From positions 89,322,778-89,386,777 of the forward strand of contig NC_068982.1 in assembly GCF_001194135.2 (NCBI RefSeq): 64,000 nt of DNA. Direction: 5' to 3'. A program made the position numbers and the translations under genes. The notes below the pieces were generated by a model. It ran no database searches and was not told the DNA's origin. It worked only from the letters and a program-made list of their open reading frames with translations. Of the stretch, positions 25,650 to 38,947 are shown piece by piece; position 1 is the stretch's first letter; the number at the start of each line of letters is the position of its first letter. This DNA is from Octopus bimaculoides (lineage: Eukaryota).

Positions 25650-26820
25650 AGATAATAGCAAAAATGCGAACTCCATTTACAATAACTTTATAAAATGCAC
25701 ATGAAAATGCAGAAGAAGCAAATATCCGAAAGTAAAATGAAAAGAGAAAAAACAACAGTATCACAAAAGCAAACCAAGAAATATTGTTTTTAAATAAGAG
25801 AAGAATCAAAGCTAACACATAAAGATACATGGAAAATAAATAAACCCATGAGAGTTGGCAAAGCAACACTGGAAAATGAAAAAACATCAAGAAAATGAAT
25901 CTTACAAACAAGAACTTGAAAGTTATTTACAAAATAATATAATCGAAAATGTTTCGGAAAACCAACAAATTTCTCTCGCGTGGCAACTGTGAAGGAAATA
26001 ACAAGGAGAAAGTAAACCAATAAAAGAAAACTAAAAGCAGACAAGCCTGGAGACCGAATTTAAATAATTGGAAAGAGTACTTCCTGATCTACTTGGGTAT
26101 TCAATAAATATTATAGTCCAAATTATCGGTAATATTGTAAAAGAAATATCTATTCGGAGAGATTACTGTACCAGAGAAGAAATAAAGAATTATATTAAGT
26201 TCTATTCAGACGATAAGGTACCTACCTTGACAATTTACAAGTGGACGAAAGGAAAACAGGAGCAATGTTGTATCCACTACATGCGGAATGTAATAAAACC
26301 TCACACAAAAGACAACCATGAAATTTGGTAGAAAAATGATTGAGTGCCGAACCTATCGAAAGGAAATCTCGGATATAATAAACAATACAAAAGCGTTATT
26401 TTATCGGTTACTGAAGGTAAATTCAACAATAAATGTTTCTTTTAAGAACACGCACTGTTACAAAGAACCAATGAAATTGGTTTTGTCCAGGAAAATCAAC
26501 ATTATCACAAATCCATGCTTTACGATGTTTTATTGAAGCTATGAAATATCAGAACATAAAAGCTGTTCTATGATTTATAGATTTTAACAAAACTTTCGAC
26601 TAAATCCGCCGAGCCACATAAAGCAAATTCTGAAATGTATATGGTACACCGTGCACCGTCATTGATGTAATTGACATTTTCTTTGAAGTTCCAACTCTGT
26701 TTTATCACCTGATAGTGATACAGATATAAATTTCTATGAAATCCAATGAAAAATACATAAGATGACATTCCCAGCTATTTCATTCTACCATTAGACTAAT
26801 CATTACTAATTACAAGATCA
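25650..26820 (+). mobile_element. Old, highly decayed RTE-clade LINE
   Basis: Remnants across frames: KWTKG, NAKALFY..LL, FIDFNKTFD, LSPDSDTD; related to the 9010-10178 family. Confidence 0.5.
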
Positions 26821-27039
26821 AATGTAGAGGAATGAGATGCAGTCGATTTGTAATGGATTAATAAATAATAATCGATGTAAGTCAATTGTTGTTCTTCGAT
26901 ATTTCTCAATTTTCTGGCTTCTTTAAATTTTGATTCTTGATAAACTCATGTTTATCCTTGTCTTTAACAATAATTTATGAGTATAATAAGCTTGCATATA
27001 TATATGCATATGGTTAAAATAGGTAATATACCGGTAGTA

Positions 27040-27391
27040 TAATGGATATAAGGTGGGGTTAAGACAGGGTTGTGTGATGTCTCCGTGGTTGTTTAATTTA
27101 TATATGGATGGTGTGGTGAGAGAGGAGAATGCTAGAACCTTTGGTAGGGGAGCCCAAATGATGGGAGAAAATGGAGAAAACTGGCAGGTGAATCAGTTGT
27201 TGTTTGCTGATGATACAGCACTGGTGGCGGATTTGGAAGAGCAACTGAGGAGACTGGTGGTAGAGTTTGGAAGAGTGTATGAGAGGAAGAAACTGAAATT
27301 GAATGTAGCTAGGAGTAAGGTAATGAGATGTCCGAGAGTTGGAATGGCTGGTAGGATGAACGTGAGTATAAATGGTGAGATGTTAGAGGAG
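27040..27391 (+). mobile_element. RTE-clade LINE RT fragment
   Basis: GLRQGCVMSPWLFNLYMDGV...LLFADDTALVA...LKLNVARSKVM. Confidence 0.85.
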
Positions 27392-27790
27392 GTCCCAGAC
27401 TGCCCAACAGAAGAGGGCCAATCATTTTTCATGACAATGCTCTACCACACGTTTCACTAATGACGCTCCAGAAATTGAGGGAACTTGGCTACGAAGTTCA
27501 TCCCTACCCAGCTTATTCCCCAGACCTTTCTCCTACCGACTACCACTTTCTCAAGCACCTTGATGATTTCTTGCGAGAGAAGGACTTCAAAAGTCAAACC
27601 GATGCTAAAAGTGAGTTTCAACAGTTCATCAGCTCTAGAACTCCAGACTTTTATATTACCGGAATAAACAAACTTGTAACTCGGTGGCAAAAATGTGTTA
27701 GTTATAATAAATAAAATTTCCGCATTGTTGAAATAAACTGTGATGAATTTCATGTTTCAAAACGTTGTTTACTTTTTACTCAGCCAGATA
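27392..27790 (+). mobile_element. mariner transposase 3' half with right TIR
   Basis: IFHDNALPH...HPYPAYSPDLSPTDYHFLKHL...GINKLVTRWQKCV (YSPDL motif), then TTACTTTTTACTCAGCCAGATA terminus. Confidence 0.85.
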
Positions 27791-27884
27791 TTTCAAGATT
27801 TCTTGCCAATAGAGAAAGAGCCAGTTTCTACCCAAAATCCAAGGCTCCTTCATTGAGATTTCAACAATATCAACGGAGTATTAT

Positions 27885-28130
27885 TGTATGTATGTATGCA
27901 TGTATGTATGTATGTATGTATGTATGTATGCATATATGTATGTATGTATGTATGTATATATGTGTGTGTGTGTATGTGCATGTATGTATGTATTTATTTA
28001 TGTGTGTATATGTATGTATTTATATATATATTTTTGTATGTATGCATGGATGGATGGAGGGATGGATGGATGGAGGGATGGATGGACGTGTGTATGTATA
28101 TATGTGTGTATGTATGTGCGTATGTATGCA
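27885..28130. repeat. (TATG)n/(GGAT)n compound microsatellite
   Basis: Visible repeats. Confidence 0.9.
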
Positions 28131-29724
28131 TGTAAATCTTCATCCCCGCCTCAACACCATTATCGCCACCGAAACCAATAAAAGCACTGCCGTCTTCAAC
28201 CCACCAGCTCTTTAATGACCAACAACTGCAACAAAGTATGGGGTAGGAGACCCCCATCTAATATAAAAGACAATGACACGAGATAATGCGAAAGCCTACT
28301 GTATTTTAAAAGTTGAATTAAATCTCTTTGATCTTAGATCAATGAGGATTGGCTTTAGACTAAATAGCAACAGCAATACAATTAAGAATACCGCCACTAC
28401 CAGCAATACCCTGCCCCTACAATCACCATCATCAGCCCCAAAGTTAATGCAAACACCACCATCATTACCATTACGTGTCTTTACTGGAGGTAATAAAATT
28501 CTGTTCCATTGATTTTTGTTTTTTGTTTTTAGTTCAAAGTCACGAAACGTTCATGTTATCCAGTTCAACAAATCTTAGTACCAGGAAAGTAGGTGCTAAT
28601 TTGTTCGTTTAGACCAGTGTTTCTGAAGGAAAGGAGTACTCCTACCGGTGGAGCATGCTAGCATTTGGGATGGCGGGATTGTTCAGAATAGGGTGTAAGT
28701 AGCAAATGAATGATAGCTGCAATGATGTTTTAATTAAAACTTCCTTTCAACATTTATATGCCATTGAATATATACGTAGATGCGTCATACTATCTTTGAG
28801 CCCTCGTAATAATAACGTCCATTTTGCGGATGGAGCAGGACAGAAATCGAAGTGGAGCGTAGAATAATACAGATTAAGAAACACTAGCTTACACCCAGTT
28901 ACGTCTCGAAACAGTTGACCTAATAAATCAAAGGTATTCCATCCGTAGCGATTTCAACTCATTTATCTAGGAACCTTTTTTTTTTTTTTGGAGATGGCAG
29001 GACGTGATTTGAGGGATATTTAGTTACTTTTTCTGATAGGTCTAGCGGCACTCTGTGGTTTCTTTGTTTGCCTCGGTAGTTCAGACAGAAAATACTGAAG
29101 CTAGGATATTTTATTTATTTATTTATTTTTTTTTTTTTAGTAGTACACGTCCCAGCTTTCTTCGATATGTCTTATGACTAGAAATCAAGGCTTATATACG
29201 TTATACGAAAAATAAATTTGTTACTTTTCACATAGCAACACAATTTCTTTCCGATATCGGTAACTATAATAATCAATACTGTAGAATACAATCAAATATT
29301 GACCTCCACCCCATATATAGAAGCTAATTTCCTATTTGTAACTGTTCACGTTTTACTTCATATTGGATAAATATTTCTTCCGATTATGTAATAAAAAGGG
29401 AAGAACAAACGTTGAATGTTGCTCTGCTTGTTTCCATTGACTTTTTAAGTTTACCCTATTTATTTCTCGCCAACGCCAATGATATATTTTGACATACATA
29501 TTTTCTCGTTTTCCTATTTGCAATTGTTAGCTTTTTGCTTCATATTGGATAAATATTTCTTTTGTGTAAACAGAATTTGATCGAATGTTGCCCTGATTCT
29601 TTCCATTGACTAATAAAAGTTCACTCTAATCATTTCTCGCCGGTGCCAAGGGTAAATTTTGACATTACATATTTTCTCATTATTCTAAATACATTACACC
29701 TTCAACCTTCCAAAACTCCCAACA

Positions 29725-29965
29725 TATCATATAAGAGGCAACTGACTCAGCCGCAATAGGAAGTATGCCGGTAGCTTGTTATCTGAACTATATAAAAGGA
29801 TAAAGATGGAATGTCAGATGTCTTGATAGCCAACTAAATTCAGGCTCTAAATTAATTTCGCTATCTAGACGTCTGACATTCCATCTTTATCCTTTTATAT
29901 AGTTCAAATAACAAGCTACCAGCATACTTCCTATTGCATCTGAGTCAGTTGCCTCTTATATGATA
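29725..29965. repeat. Long inverted repeat (~105-bp arms, ~29-nt loop)
   Basis: TATCATATAAGAGGCAACTGACTCAG...TGTCAGATGTCTTGATAGC paired with GCTATCTAGACGTCTGACA...CTGAGTCAGTTGCCTCTTATATGATA. Confidence 0.9.
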
Positions 29966-31919
29966 GTATTAATCTACCATTGCTTGACCCGCACACTAGA
30001 AAGACTTCTGATGCAACTGTCGAGATCACCCATAGAATTAATGTATAAAATAGATGATACCGGGAAATGTTTTGTGGTATCTAGTTGTGTTCTTTTACAA
30101 TTATGTGTTCGAATCTCACCAGGTAAATATTGCTTTCCACCTATTAAAACGGTCAAATGATTGAAACGACTCTAACCGTATACACTGAGCTTTAAATAGA
30201 TACAGCTGGGAATATATTCCCGTTATTGCTGTTGTTTAGCTCCAGCTCAGTCTTGATCGAGCCGACCAATGAAAGTAGGCATTCCAGCCATGACCATCTC
30301 GTCTTTTGTTCTGGTAGAATTATATAGAACTATAGTATCTAATGTTTGTTTTTTTTAAATAAGAGTTGGATACTATTTCCAGTATTTCTAGCGGTTCCAG
30401 CGACTCTGTAATGGTATGTTTATTGACTCTAACATATTTCTTTTTGCATGTTTGAATGGTTGAAATATGATACATACTTATCCATCATTTAGATAGTTTT
30501 GTTTTTTGCTTTTTGTTTTTGTTTTTTCTAAACCACTTCTGGTCTTCTGATTTGTATAAATGGAAGATTAACAGATTAAGTGCTTTTCGGAACTAACTTT
30601 AAGTTCTGAGATCCAATCCCGTCAATCTTTTCCTTTTCGCCCTCTGGGGTCAATAATGAAACTACAAATTAAATATATTTCATCTCGAAACACTTATGGC
30701 CTTTTTTTTTATCACTGTTAAGATATCAAAGCTAAGTTGGTGTTAAGTGGTTATGATATTTATCAATGCAAGCACTGGGGTCGATGTAATCGACTGACCT
30801 CTCCTCCGAAATTGCTGGCCTTGTGCCAAAATTTGAAACCAATATTTATTCATGAAGGTGGGGAGCTGCAAGAATTGTTAGCATGTCAGGCAAACTGCTT
30901 AGTGGTATCTCTTCTGGTTCGTTCTGCATTCAAATACTTTTGCACCCGTGTTTTTAGAATCGAAAAAATAAAGTATTGAGTACTATAGTCGATATGATCA
31001 ACTTACTCTCACCTCAAAATTGCAGGCCTTGTGCCAAAATTAGATGAGTAATGGAATATTTAATACATCAATTCTTATATTTTTTAAAAACTCTTCACCT
31101 TTTAAATATACACACATCCACTAAACGCTGAAAAAGTGGTTTCTTTACATTATACAACGTATCATCTTATTTAACAAGTATCATAGCTACAGGGTGTGTC
31201 ACCCAGGACAGTTTGCCACCATCTCCCCCAGGCACCCAAGTCTATACAAGCTTATACAGCAGACCCAAAAGTGCCGTTCACATGAAAACGTTTCCCGGCG
31301 TGGATCGCCCCAAACCCGCCCAGCTATGCTACAGCTGTTTCAGAAGGAATCTAGAAATCTAGCATCAAGAACACCAATTGCCATGATATGTTCCTGAAAA
31401 CAGAATGATGATCCCAGTAGAAACGTTCGTAGAACTATTGGTTACTTTATGTCCAACAGAAGGTATGCACCACCTGGAATTCTCAGAAACATAGGATTGT
31501 CGTTGTGTGAGGAACGATCAAGAAGTTCTAGCTTGTTGATCCAGACTTCAGAAAGATAAGGATATGAATATACATGAAACCTACTTACATATAGTAAATG
31601 TTTCTGCACTCTCTTTCTATTCAGTAATGAGCTTAAATTACTAAAATGATTAATTAACCATAATTATTATCAGCATCTTTAAACGTTCATCGTTCATGCT
31701 AGCAATGTGTTGGGGAGTTTGAAGGGATCTGTCAGGGCCGAAGGCAGCATCTTGCTACGATGTCAGATTTAGCATGGGAGCATTATGAAGGCCTCAGACA
31801 CGTCAAAATCTGTTAAACTGTCCGACCCACGCTATCATGGAAGATGAACATTAAAAGATGCTGTTGATGACGATGATGATGATGATGAGGAGGAGGAGGA
31901 GGGGGATAGGGGGGAGAAG

Positions 31920-31990
31920 AAAAAGAAGAAGAAGAAGAAGAAGAAGAAGAAGAAGAAGAAGAAGAAGAAGAAGAAGAAGAAGAAGAAGAG
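31920..31990. repeat. (AAG)n trinucleotide repeat
   Basis: Visible run. Confidence 0.95.
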
Positions 31991-33351
31991 GTGGGTGATA
32001 ATTAAGGTTAATTAACGTTGAGGTTAAATTAACCTTGTTGTTTAGTTTAATTCATTGCAGTAAATAACAAGAGGACAACTGTATGTAATATTGGCGTCAG
32101 ATTTTGGCACAAGGCCAGCAATTTTCGGAAAAGGACATAAGTCGATTACATCGACCCCAGTGCTCAACTAGTACTTATTTTATCAACATCGAAAGGATGA
32201 AAAGCAAAGTCCACCTCAGCGGATTTTGAACTCAGAACGTAAAGATAGACGAAATACCACCAAGTATTTTGCTAAAGATTCTGCTAGCTCTCTGCTTTCA
32301 CTGCACTTAATATTAACCTCTTAGACACAGTTTCATATTTATAGAGAAAGTGAACTGAATTGCACAGTTTTTGAAAAATATTGACACCACGTTGAAATAA
32401 AGGTCTTCAATAGAAGGTTCACTCTATGTGTTTCATGACCAGTGCTGTTTACATACCTTCAGATATGCATAAAAATAGCGTCAAAGAAACCTTGTACACT
32501 AGGTTTTTCCTTCTTTATTCAAATTTACAACATGAAGTCAAATTCGACAGCACAGCCCCAAACGATTTACTGGATTATAAGACAATACTTTCAGTCTGTC
32601 TTCATGTCCGCTTAGTTCACCATCATCGATTCACCGCTGGGAAAATTCATCATCATCAGTTCACCGTTTTCTTATTTATTTTTTGTAACTATTAATACTA
32701 TGAATATATTTTCTCGGTAAACTTTCCTCACGGTTAACTTTCCTCATGGTCAACTTTCTTCACGGTGAGTTGATGGCGGTGAACTTACCTGTAATCTTCA
32801 GTCTTATACAATGATCAGGATAGAAAAGATAAGCTGATATGTATTCAAAGATTTTCGGTGTCTATATTAATAAAAGCGAAATTTTCTCTGTCTGGGAGCC
32901 CTTTATCTCGGTCTGCGTTTGCTCTACATAGCCATATTAAACCTTTTAGGAATTAGGATGATCCCAGAATTGAAAATTTGACCATCGTTTGGTTCTTGAA
33001 CATCCAGCATTGAGATCTGATTTAAAAACATTTAAGTTGCTATTTCTAGCAGATAAAGCGACCGTGAGAGGTACAAGAGTTACCTCCCTTAGCTTTAACT
33101 TTTACTAAGGAATTTAGTTGTCCTTTTATCTTTTTCAGTCATTAGACTGCCGCCTTGAAGAATTTTACTCGGACAAATATCTACACCAGTTCTTTTTTTT
33201 ATATATCTGGTACATTTTTACCGAACCGCTAAGTTATATGAACGTAAACACAACAACACCAGTTATCAAGCGGTGGTGGGGGGACAAACACAGACACAAA
33301 GTCACAATACACACACACACACACACACAAACACAGACACAAAGTCACAAT

Positions 33352-33386
<35 letters not shown>

Positions 33387-33939
33387 CACACACACATACA
33401 TACATACATACATACATACATACATGCATAATACAAATAATATGTGAGTATATGTATATATGCATGTATATACATTGCGTTTCAAATTATTGGGTAGCTC
33501 TGTTTTTTTTGGGGGGGTGGGGTTCGAAATAACAGAGTATTTATTCGTTCAAATCCAGATATTGTTTTTTCACGGAATGATAGCACCATTTTCTTGCGCA
33601 TATTGTAATAAAAAAAAATGGATCCGCGCAGATGTAAACAAACGGCGGCCATTTTCGTTAAATGGCTTCAGTGACACAAACTCACATACACGCACGCACG
33701 CAGGTTGTTTTAATCGATTTTCTCTGTAACTAAGAGGGCTAGGGAAAAATACAAAGCGCGTTTCAATCTATGCACCCGTCTCCACATGTGTGCCATTTTT
33801 CACACGAATCCACCCAGCCGTTTGGCCGTGAACCTCGAGACAAGAAAGAATACAATGGTCGCCCATGTTCAATTTTATATTATAGGTGATAGATATCACT
33901 TATATGAACAAAGGTGTGTTTCTACCAATGTTTACATCG

Positions 33940-34700
33940 GTATGCACGCTCTATAACCGTGTTTACAAGGGGATTTTTAGGAAAAAGAATAAAAAATATT
34001 TCAGAATTACAGAGAAGACAGAATTCCTTGCCTTTATCATAAGGTATCGAAATTGAGAGAATCAAACCAATCTAAATTGAATTGTTTATTGTGGTCTTTT
34101 AGATACCAAATTAATTTACTAAGCACTGTACTGTTGCGTTTATTCTTATCCCTAAATGTAGAGTAATGATTAGAAATTCTTTTAGATAACTGAGAAGATG
34201 AGCTGCGTATATTAAAAAAAAAAATACTTCATTACCAGAAGTAATTTTACACTGACATATAGAATTTTTAATTTTAGAGATACTTGACATAAATTTGATT
34301 CGGTTGTAATTGACTTCAGATACAATAACCTTGTTCTTGTTATTAATATTTCTAGGGGATGGATGGTATTAGCTAAATTAATGTTAGTATTAGTAAAAGT
34401 ATCCATATTTAACAGGCTAATATTATGAGGGGAGATAATTTGTAAGAGATTTTTTTGTGTTGGAAAAACCAATCTTAACCGTGTGTGAGTTGATAATAGA
34501 GTAATATCTAGAATTCTTCGGAAAATTCCTAATAATAGCTTCACGAAACTGCAGAGGAAGATTAGATTTGATTTTCCTCCCATAAGGAATAATTAACCAA
34601 ATGGTTTTACTATTAGTTACCTTATTTTTAGTGTAACTATCTTTGAAAAACATAGATTTACCTTTAGAACAAACATAGGGGAGTTAAATAAGAGTTATCT
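33940..34700 (-). mobile_element. Penelope-like element, RT linker plus GIY-YIG endonuclease relic
   Basis: KTIWLIIPYGRKIKSNL..FPKNSRYYSIINSHTVKIGFS, then SSSQLSKRISNHYSTFRDKNKRNSTVLSKLIWYLKD and FCLLCNSEIFFIL, matching the PLE C-terminal pattern. Confidence 0.78.
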
Positions 34701-35293
34701 CCCTTCTTCTGTTTGGTGTTGACGTATAAATTAAAATTGATATCGTTTATATCCTTACAACTAGATTTCATATCTCCATTAGTAAAGGTAGAATAAGATT
34801 GAATGGAATTAATTATTGACAAGTTTCATTTCTTCATTTCTCTGAATATATATATATATATCTTCTATTCGAATTTTTAAAGAATTCCAAAAATCTGTGA
34901 AGTTACAAAGTTTTCATTTAAACTTAATTTAAAGTAATACCGTATTGGTAGGGTACTAATAAATGCTTTATTATTATTGCTCTCTTTGGTTTTGGGTCGC
35001 AGGCCCAATTAGCTCTTCCCACGAGCTAGCTTAAAAGTCTGCATGGAGTGCGGCTTTTAAGCTAGTATTCTAAATATGTCAGTAGTTACAATCAAATCAT
35101 TCCTTACATTGGCACAAGACTACAAAAAATGAGAAAGGAAATATATTAGGAATACTCATTTCATGTGAACAGTCAATGCACAGGCATGTGTAGTTAAGAA
35201 GTTTGTTTCCGAACCACTTGGCTTTGGGCTCAGTCTCACTATAGTTCTTGTGAGTGGATTTGGTAGGCAGAAACTGAAAGAAACCATCATATA

Positions 35294-37497
35294 CAGAATC
35301 TCACAGAAGTATGTACACCCCTAAAAAATTTCAGTGAAATTGTCATTATCGAAATAAATCAAGCGAAACTTATACTGAATAAAATATATTATACATGCAA
35401 ACATTATGCAAATTTGGAACACAAAACAAACATTTTCAAAGATATGAACAAACTATTAATTTTCAAACGATATAAAAATGTGTACACCCTAAAGGATTAT
35501 TTGCTGTATTCAATATTTGGTGTGACTGCCTTTGCTTTCAATGATTACATTAAGTCTTCTGGACATAGAGTCGACTAAATTTCTGCATATAACCGATGAA
35601 ATCGACCTCCATTCATCCTGAATAATATCTTTCAACTGTGTTAGATTGCAAGATTTTTTTCTCCTTAAATTCCCTTTTCAAAACACCCCACAGATTTTCC
35701 ATTGGGTTTAAATCAGGTGACATGGTAGGCTAAGGCAACACCTTTACCTTTTTTATCTGATAAAAGCTTGGTCGTCATCTTTGAAGTGCGTTTAGAGTCA
35801 TTATCATGTTGGAGCATGGAATGTCTTCCTAGTTCCTTGATGCTTTTCAACATTGTTTACTGCAGTATGTCACAATAAAGCCCTCTCTTAAAAAATGTGA
35901 GCCCTCCGACTTCAGTCGCACTCATGCACCCCCAAAGCATAACACTCCCGCCACCATATTTCACGGTAGGCACGGTGCATTTGTCGCTATTACTTTCATC
36001 TAGTTGTCGCCATACTCCTTTAATACCATTTGACCCAAACAAGTTGATTTTAGTTTCATCAGCGAAAAGAATTTTATTCCAAAACTCTATCTCCTTACTT
36101 ACATAGGTTTCGGTAAAAGAAACACTTGATTTATGCCTGGTAGTGAGGAGAGGCTTCCTACGAGGAATGCGTCCATGAAGACCACACTGGTTCAAACTTC
36201 AACGAATTGTTTGAGCGGATACATTCTTTCCACTAACAGAAGACACTTCTTGGACCAAAGATGAAGCGGTACGTCGCCTATCGTCCATCACGCAGCATTG
36301 GATGTGGTGAATATCACGATCAGTGAAGGCGGTGAGNNNNNNNNNNNNNNNNNNNNNNNNNNNNNNNNNNNNNNNNNNNNNNNNNNNNNNNNNNNNNNNN
36401 NNNNNNNNNNNNNNNNNNNNNNNNNNNNNNNNNNNNNNNNNNNNNNNNNNNNNNNNNNNNNNNNNNNNNNNNNNNNNNNNNNNNNNNNNNNNNNNNNNNN
36501 NNNNNNNNNNNNNNNNNNNNNNNNNNNNCTGCCGTTACGTTCTGAACTCAAGTTCCGCCGAGGTCGACTTTACCATTCATCCTTTCGGGAACGATTAAAT
36601 AAGTACCAGTTACGCACTGGGGTTGATGCAATCGACTTAATCCGTTTGTCTGCAATTGTTTGTCCCCTCTGTGTGTAGCCCCTTGTGGGCAGTAAAGAAA
36701 TAAGAAACGTTAGCACGCCGGACGAAATGCTTAGCGGTATTTCGTCTGCCGTTACGTTCTGAGTTCAAATTCCGCCGAGGTTGACTTTGCCTTTCCTCCT
36801 TTCGGGGTCGATAAATTAAGTACCAGTTGTGCACTGAGGTCGATCTAATCGACCGACCCGCTCCCCAAAAATTTCGGGACTTGTGCCTAGAGTAGAAAAG
36901 AATATCACGTGCAGTTAAAATAGAAGGATGACTTGGACGATGATTATTGCTTAGCCGTCCAGTAGCTTTGTACTTCTGAATTACTTTGGCAACTGTGTTT
37001 GCGCTAATATGTATTCGTTTGCTAATTAACTTGTATCCTAAACCATTCTTGTGCAAATTAAAAATAATTTTCTTTAAATCATCAGACAATTCTTTTCCTT
37101 GTGGTGCCAACTTAATGACAATGAAGATTTCCACCACGGTACACAAATCGGAATTCCTGCAGATGCAATAACAATGACCAGTGCAAAAGTGCCAGGAGAA
37201 ATAATTTATTAGAATTGAAATCATCAGCAATATCTGAATTTAGTAAAAAAAAGTGGACAAAATATTAAATATAGCAAATTTCCTTTAGGGTGTACATATT
37301 TTTGTAACGTTTGAAAATTAATATTTCGTTCATAACTTTGAAAATGTTTATTGTCTTGTGTTCCAAAATTATATAATGTTTGCATGCATAATATATTTAT
37401 TCAGTATAAATTGCATTTGATTTCCTCTGCTATAATCAGAGTAATGGCAATTTTACTAAAATTCTTTTAGGAGTGTACATAGTTCTGTGAGATACTG
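35294..37497 (-). mobile_element. Tc1-like (DD34E) transposon, both ~205-bp TIRs and TA TSD retained, interrupted by SINEs and a gap
   Basis: TA|CAGAATCTCACAGAA...TTCTGTGAGATACTG|TA. Transposase pieces: GKELSDDLK (HTH), GRIPRRKP, ILFADETK, VKYGGGSVMLWGCM, QHDND, SPDLNPMENLW. Confidence 0.92.
36530..36905 (+). mobile_element. Two tandem family-A SINEs nested in the Tc1 transposase
   Basis: Two GTTACGTTCTGA(A/G)(C/T)TCAA..CCGCCGAGGT(C/T)GACTTT units between the transposase N-terminal and central parts. Confidence 0.85.
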
Positions 37498-37503
37498 TAT
37501 AAC

Positions 37504-37545
<42 letters not shown>

Positions 37546-37550
<5 letters not shown>

Positions 37551-38374
37551 TTGGTTAAAAGAGTTCCAACACTGTCTGTTTTTTTATGTTTTATTTATAT
37601 TCCTGCAGAACCAATGTTGGGTATAGAATATGGAATATACAATATATAATATAATATACAATATATAATATGAAATAAAATAAAATGAAAATGGATGGCA
37701 CCATGAAAGAAAGTATTGAATGTAGATGAAATATTGAGTGTTCAATATAAAGGATCAAATATATAAATATAAATATATAAAGGCGACTCGAGTTTCAGGG
37801 CTATTTCCCTTCGTCATGGCCGGTATGACAGACTTTAACATATATATATATACATATGTATGTGTGTGTGTATGTATGTATGTATGTATGTATGTATGTA
37901 TGTATGTATAAGAAAATGATATTGGCAAAAGAATTAACCATTATCTAATAATCTTCATTAGCTTACAGTTGTTTCTGTTATAAAATACAATGGATTCAAT
38001 GATCATTTGTTCCTTTGTCATCTCGTTTTCTTATGTGTGTATGTGTATATATATATATATATTATTTTATTTAAAAGAGTTCCAACTCTGTCAGTTTTTT
38101 ATGTTTAATTTATATTCTTGTAAAATTAATGTGGGATATAGAATATGGAATATATAATATATAATATAAGAATGGATGGTACAATGAAATGAAGTATTGA
38201 ATGACTTATTGAATATATAGAATATGTCTTATTGAATATAAGAAATATTAAGTGTTCAATATAAAGAATTAAATATATAAATGCGAATACGTATTTTCAA
38301 TACCTTGTGGTATTCATCGTGACCTATATCTGACAGACTGTAACAGACAGTCTGTCAGATATAGGTCACGATGA
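37546..38374. repeat. Two diverged direct copies (~290 bp) of an AT-rich unit ending in hammerhead-like motifs; putative Penelope pseudo-LTRs
   Basis: 37546-37834 and 38062-38341 share TTAAAAGAGTTCCAAC..GAATATGGAATA..GTGTTCAATATAAAG..TGACAGACT; 28-bp perfect hairpin at 38314-38374. Confidence 0.65.
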
Positions 38375-38859
38375 NNNNNNNNNNNNNNNNNNNNNNNNNN
38401 NNNNNNNNNNNNNNNNNNNNNNNNNNNNNNNNNNNNNNNNNNNNNNNNNNNNNNNNNNNNNNNNNNNNNNNNNNNNNNNNNNNNNNNNNNNNNNNNNNNN
38501 NNNNNNNNNNNNNNNNNNNNNNNNNNNNNNNNNNNNNNNNNNNNNNNNNNNNNNNNNNNNNNNNNNNNNNNNNNNNNNNNNNNNNNNNNNNNNNNNNNNN
38601 NNNNNNNNNNNNNNNNNNNNNNNNNNNNNNNNNNNNNNNNNNNNNNNNNNNNNNNNNNNNNNNNNNNNNNNNNNNNNNNNNNNNNNNNNNNNNNNNNNNN
38701 NNNNNNNNNNNNNNNNNNNNNNNNNNNNNNNNNNNNNNNNNNNNNNNNNNNNNNNNNNNNNNNNNNNNNNNNNNNNNNNNNNNNNNNNNNNNNNNNNNNN
38801 NNNNNNNNNNNNNNNNNNNNNNNNNNNNNNNNNNNNNNNNNNNNNNNNNNNNNNNNNNN

Positions 38860-38947
<88 letters not shown>

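Noticed and set aside
32860-33900. Possible non-autonomous Helitron-like ends and a small subrepeat MITE at 32614-32785
   Set aside because: Termini (A|TC…CTRR|T and hairpin) could not be established by eye.
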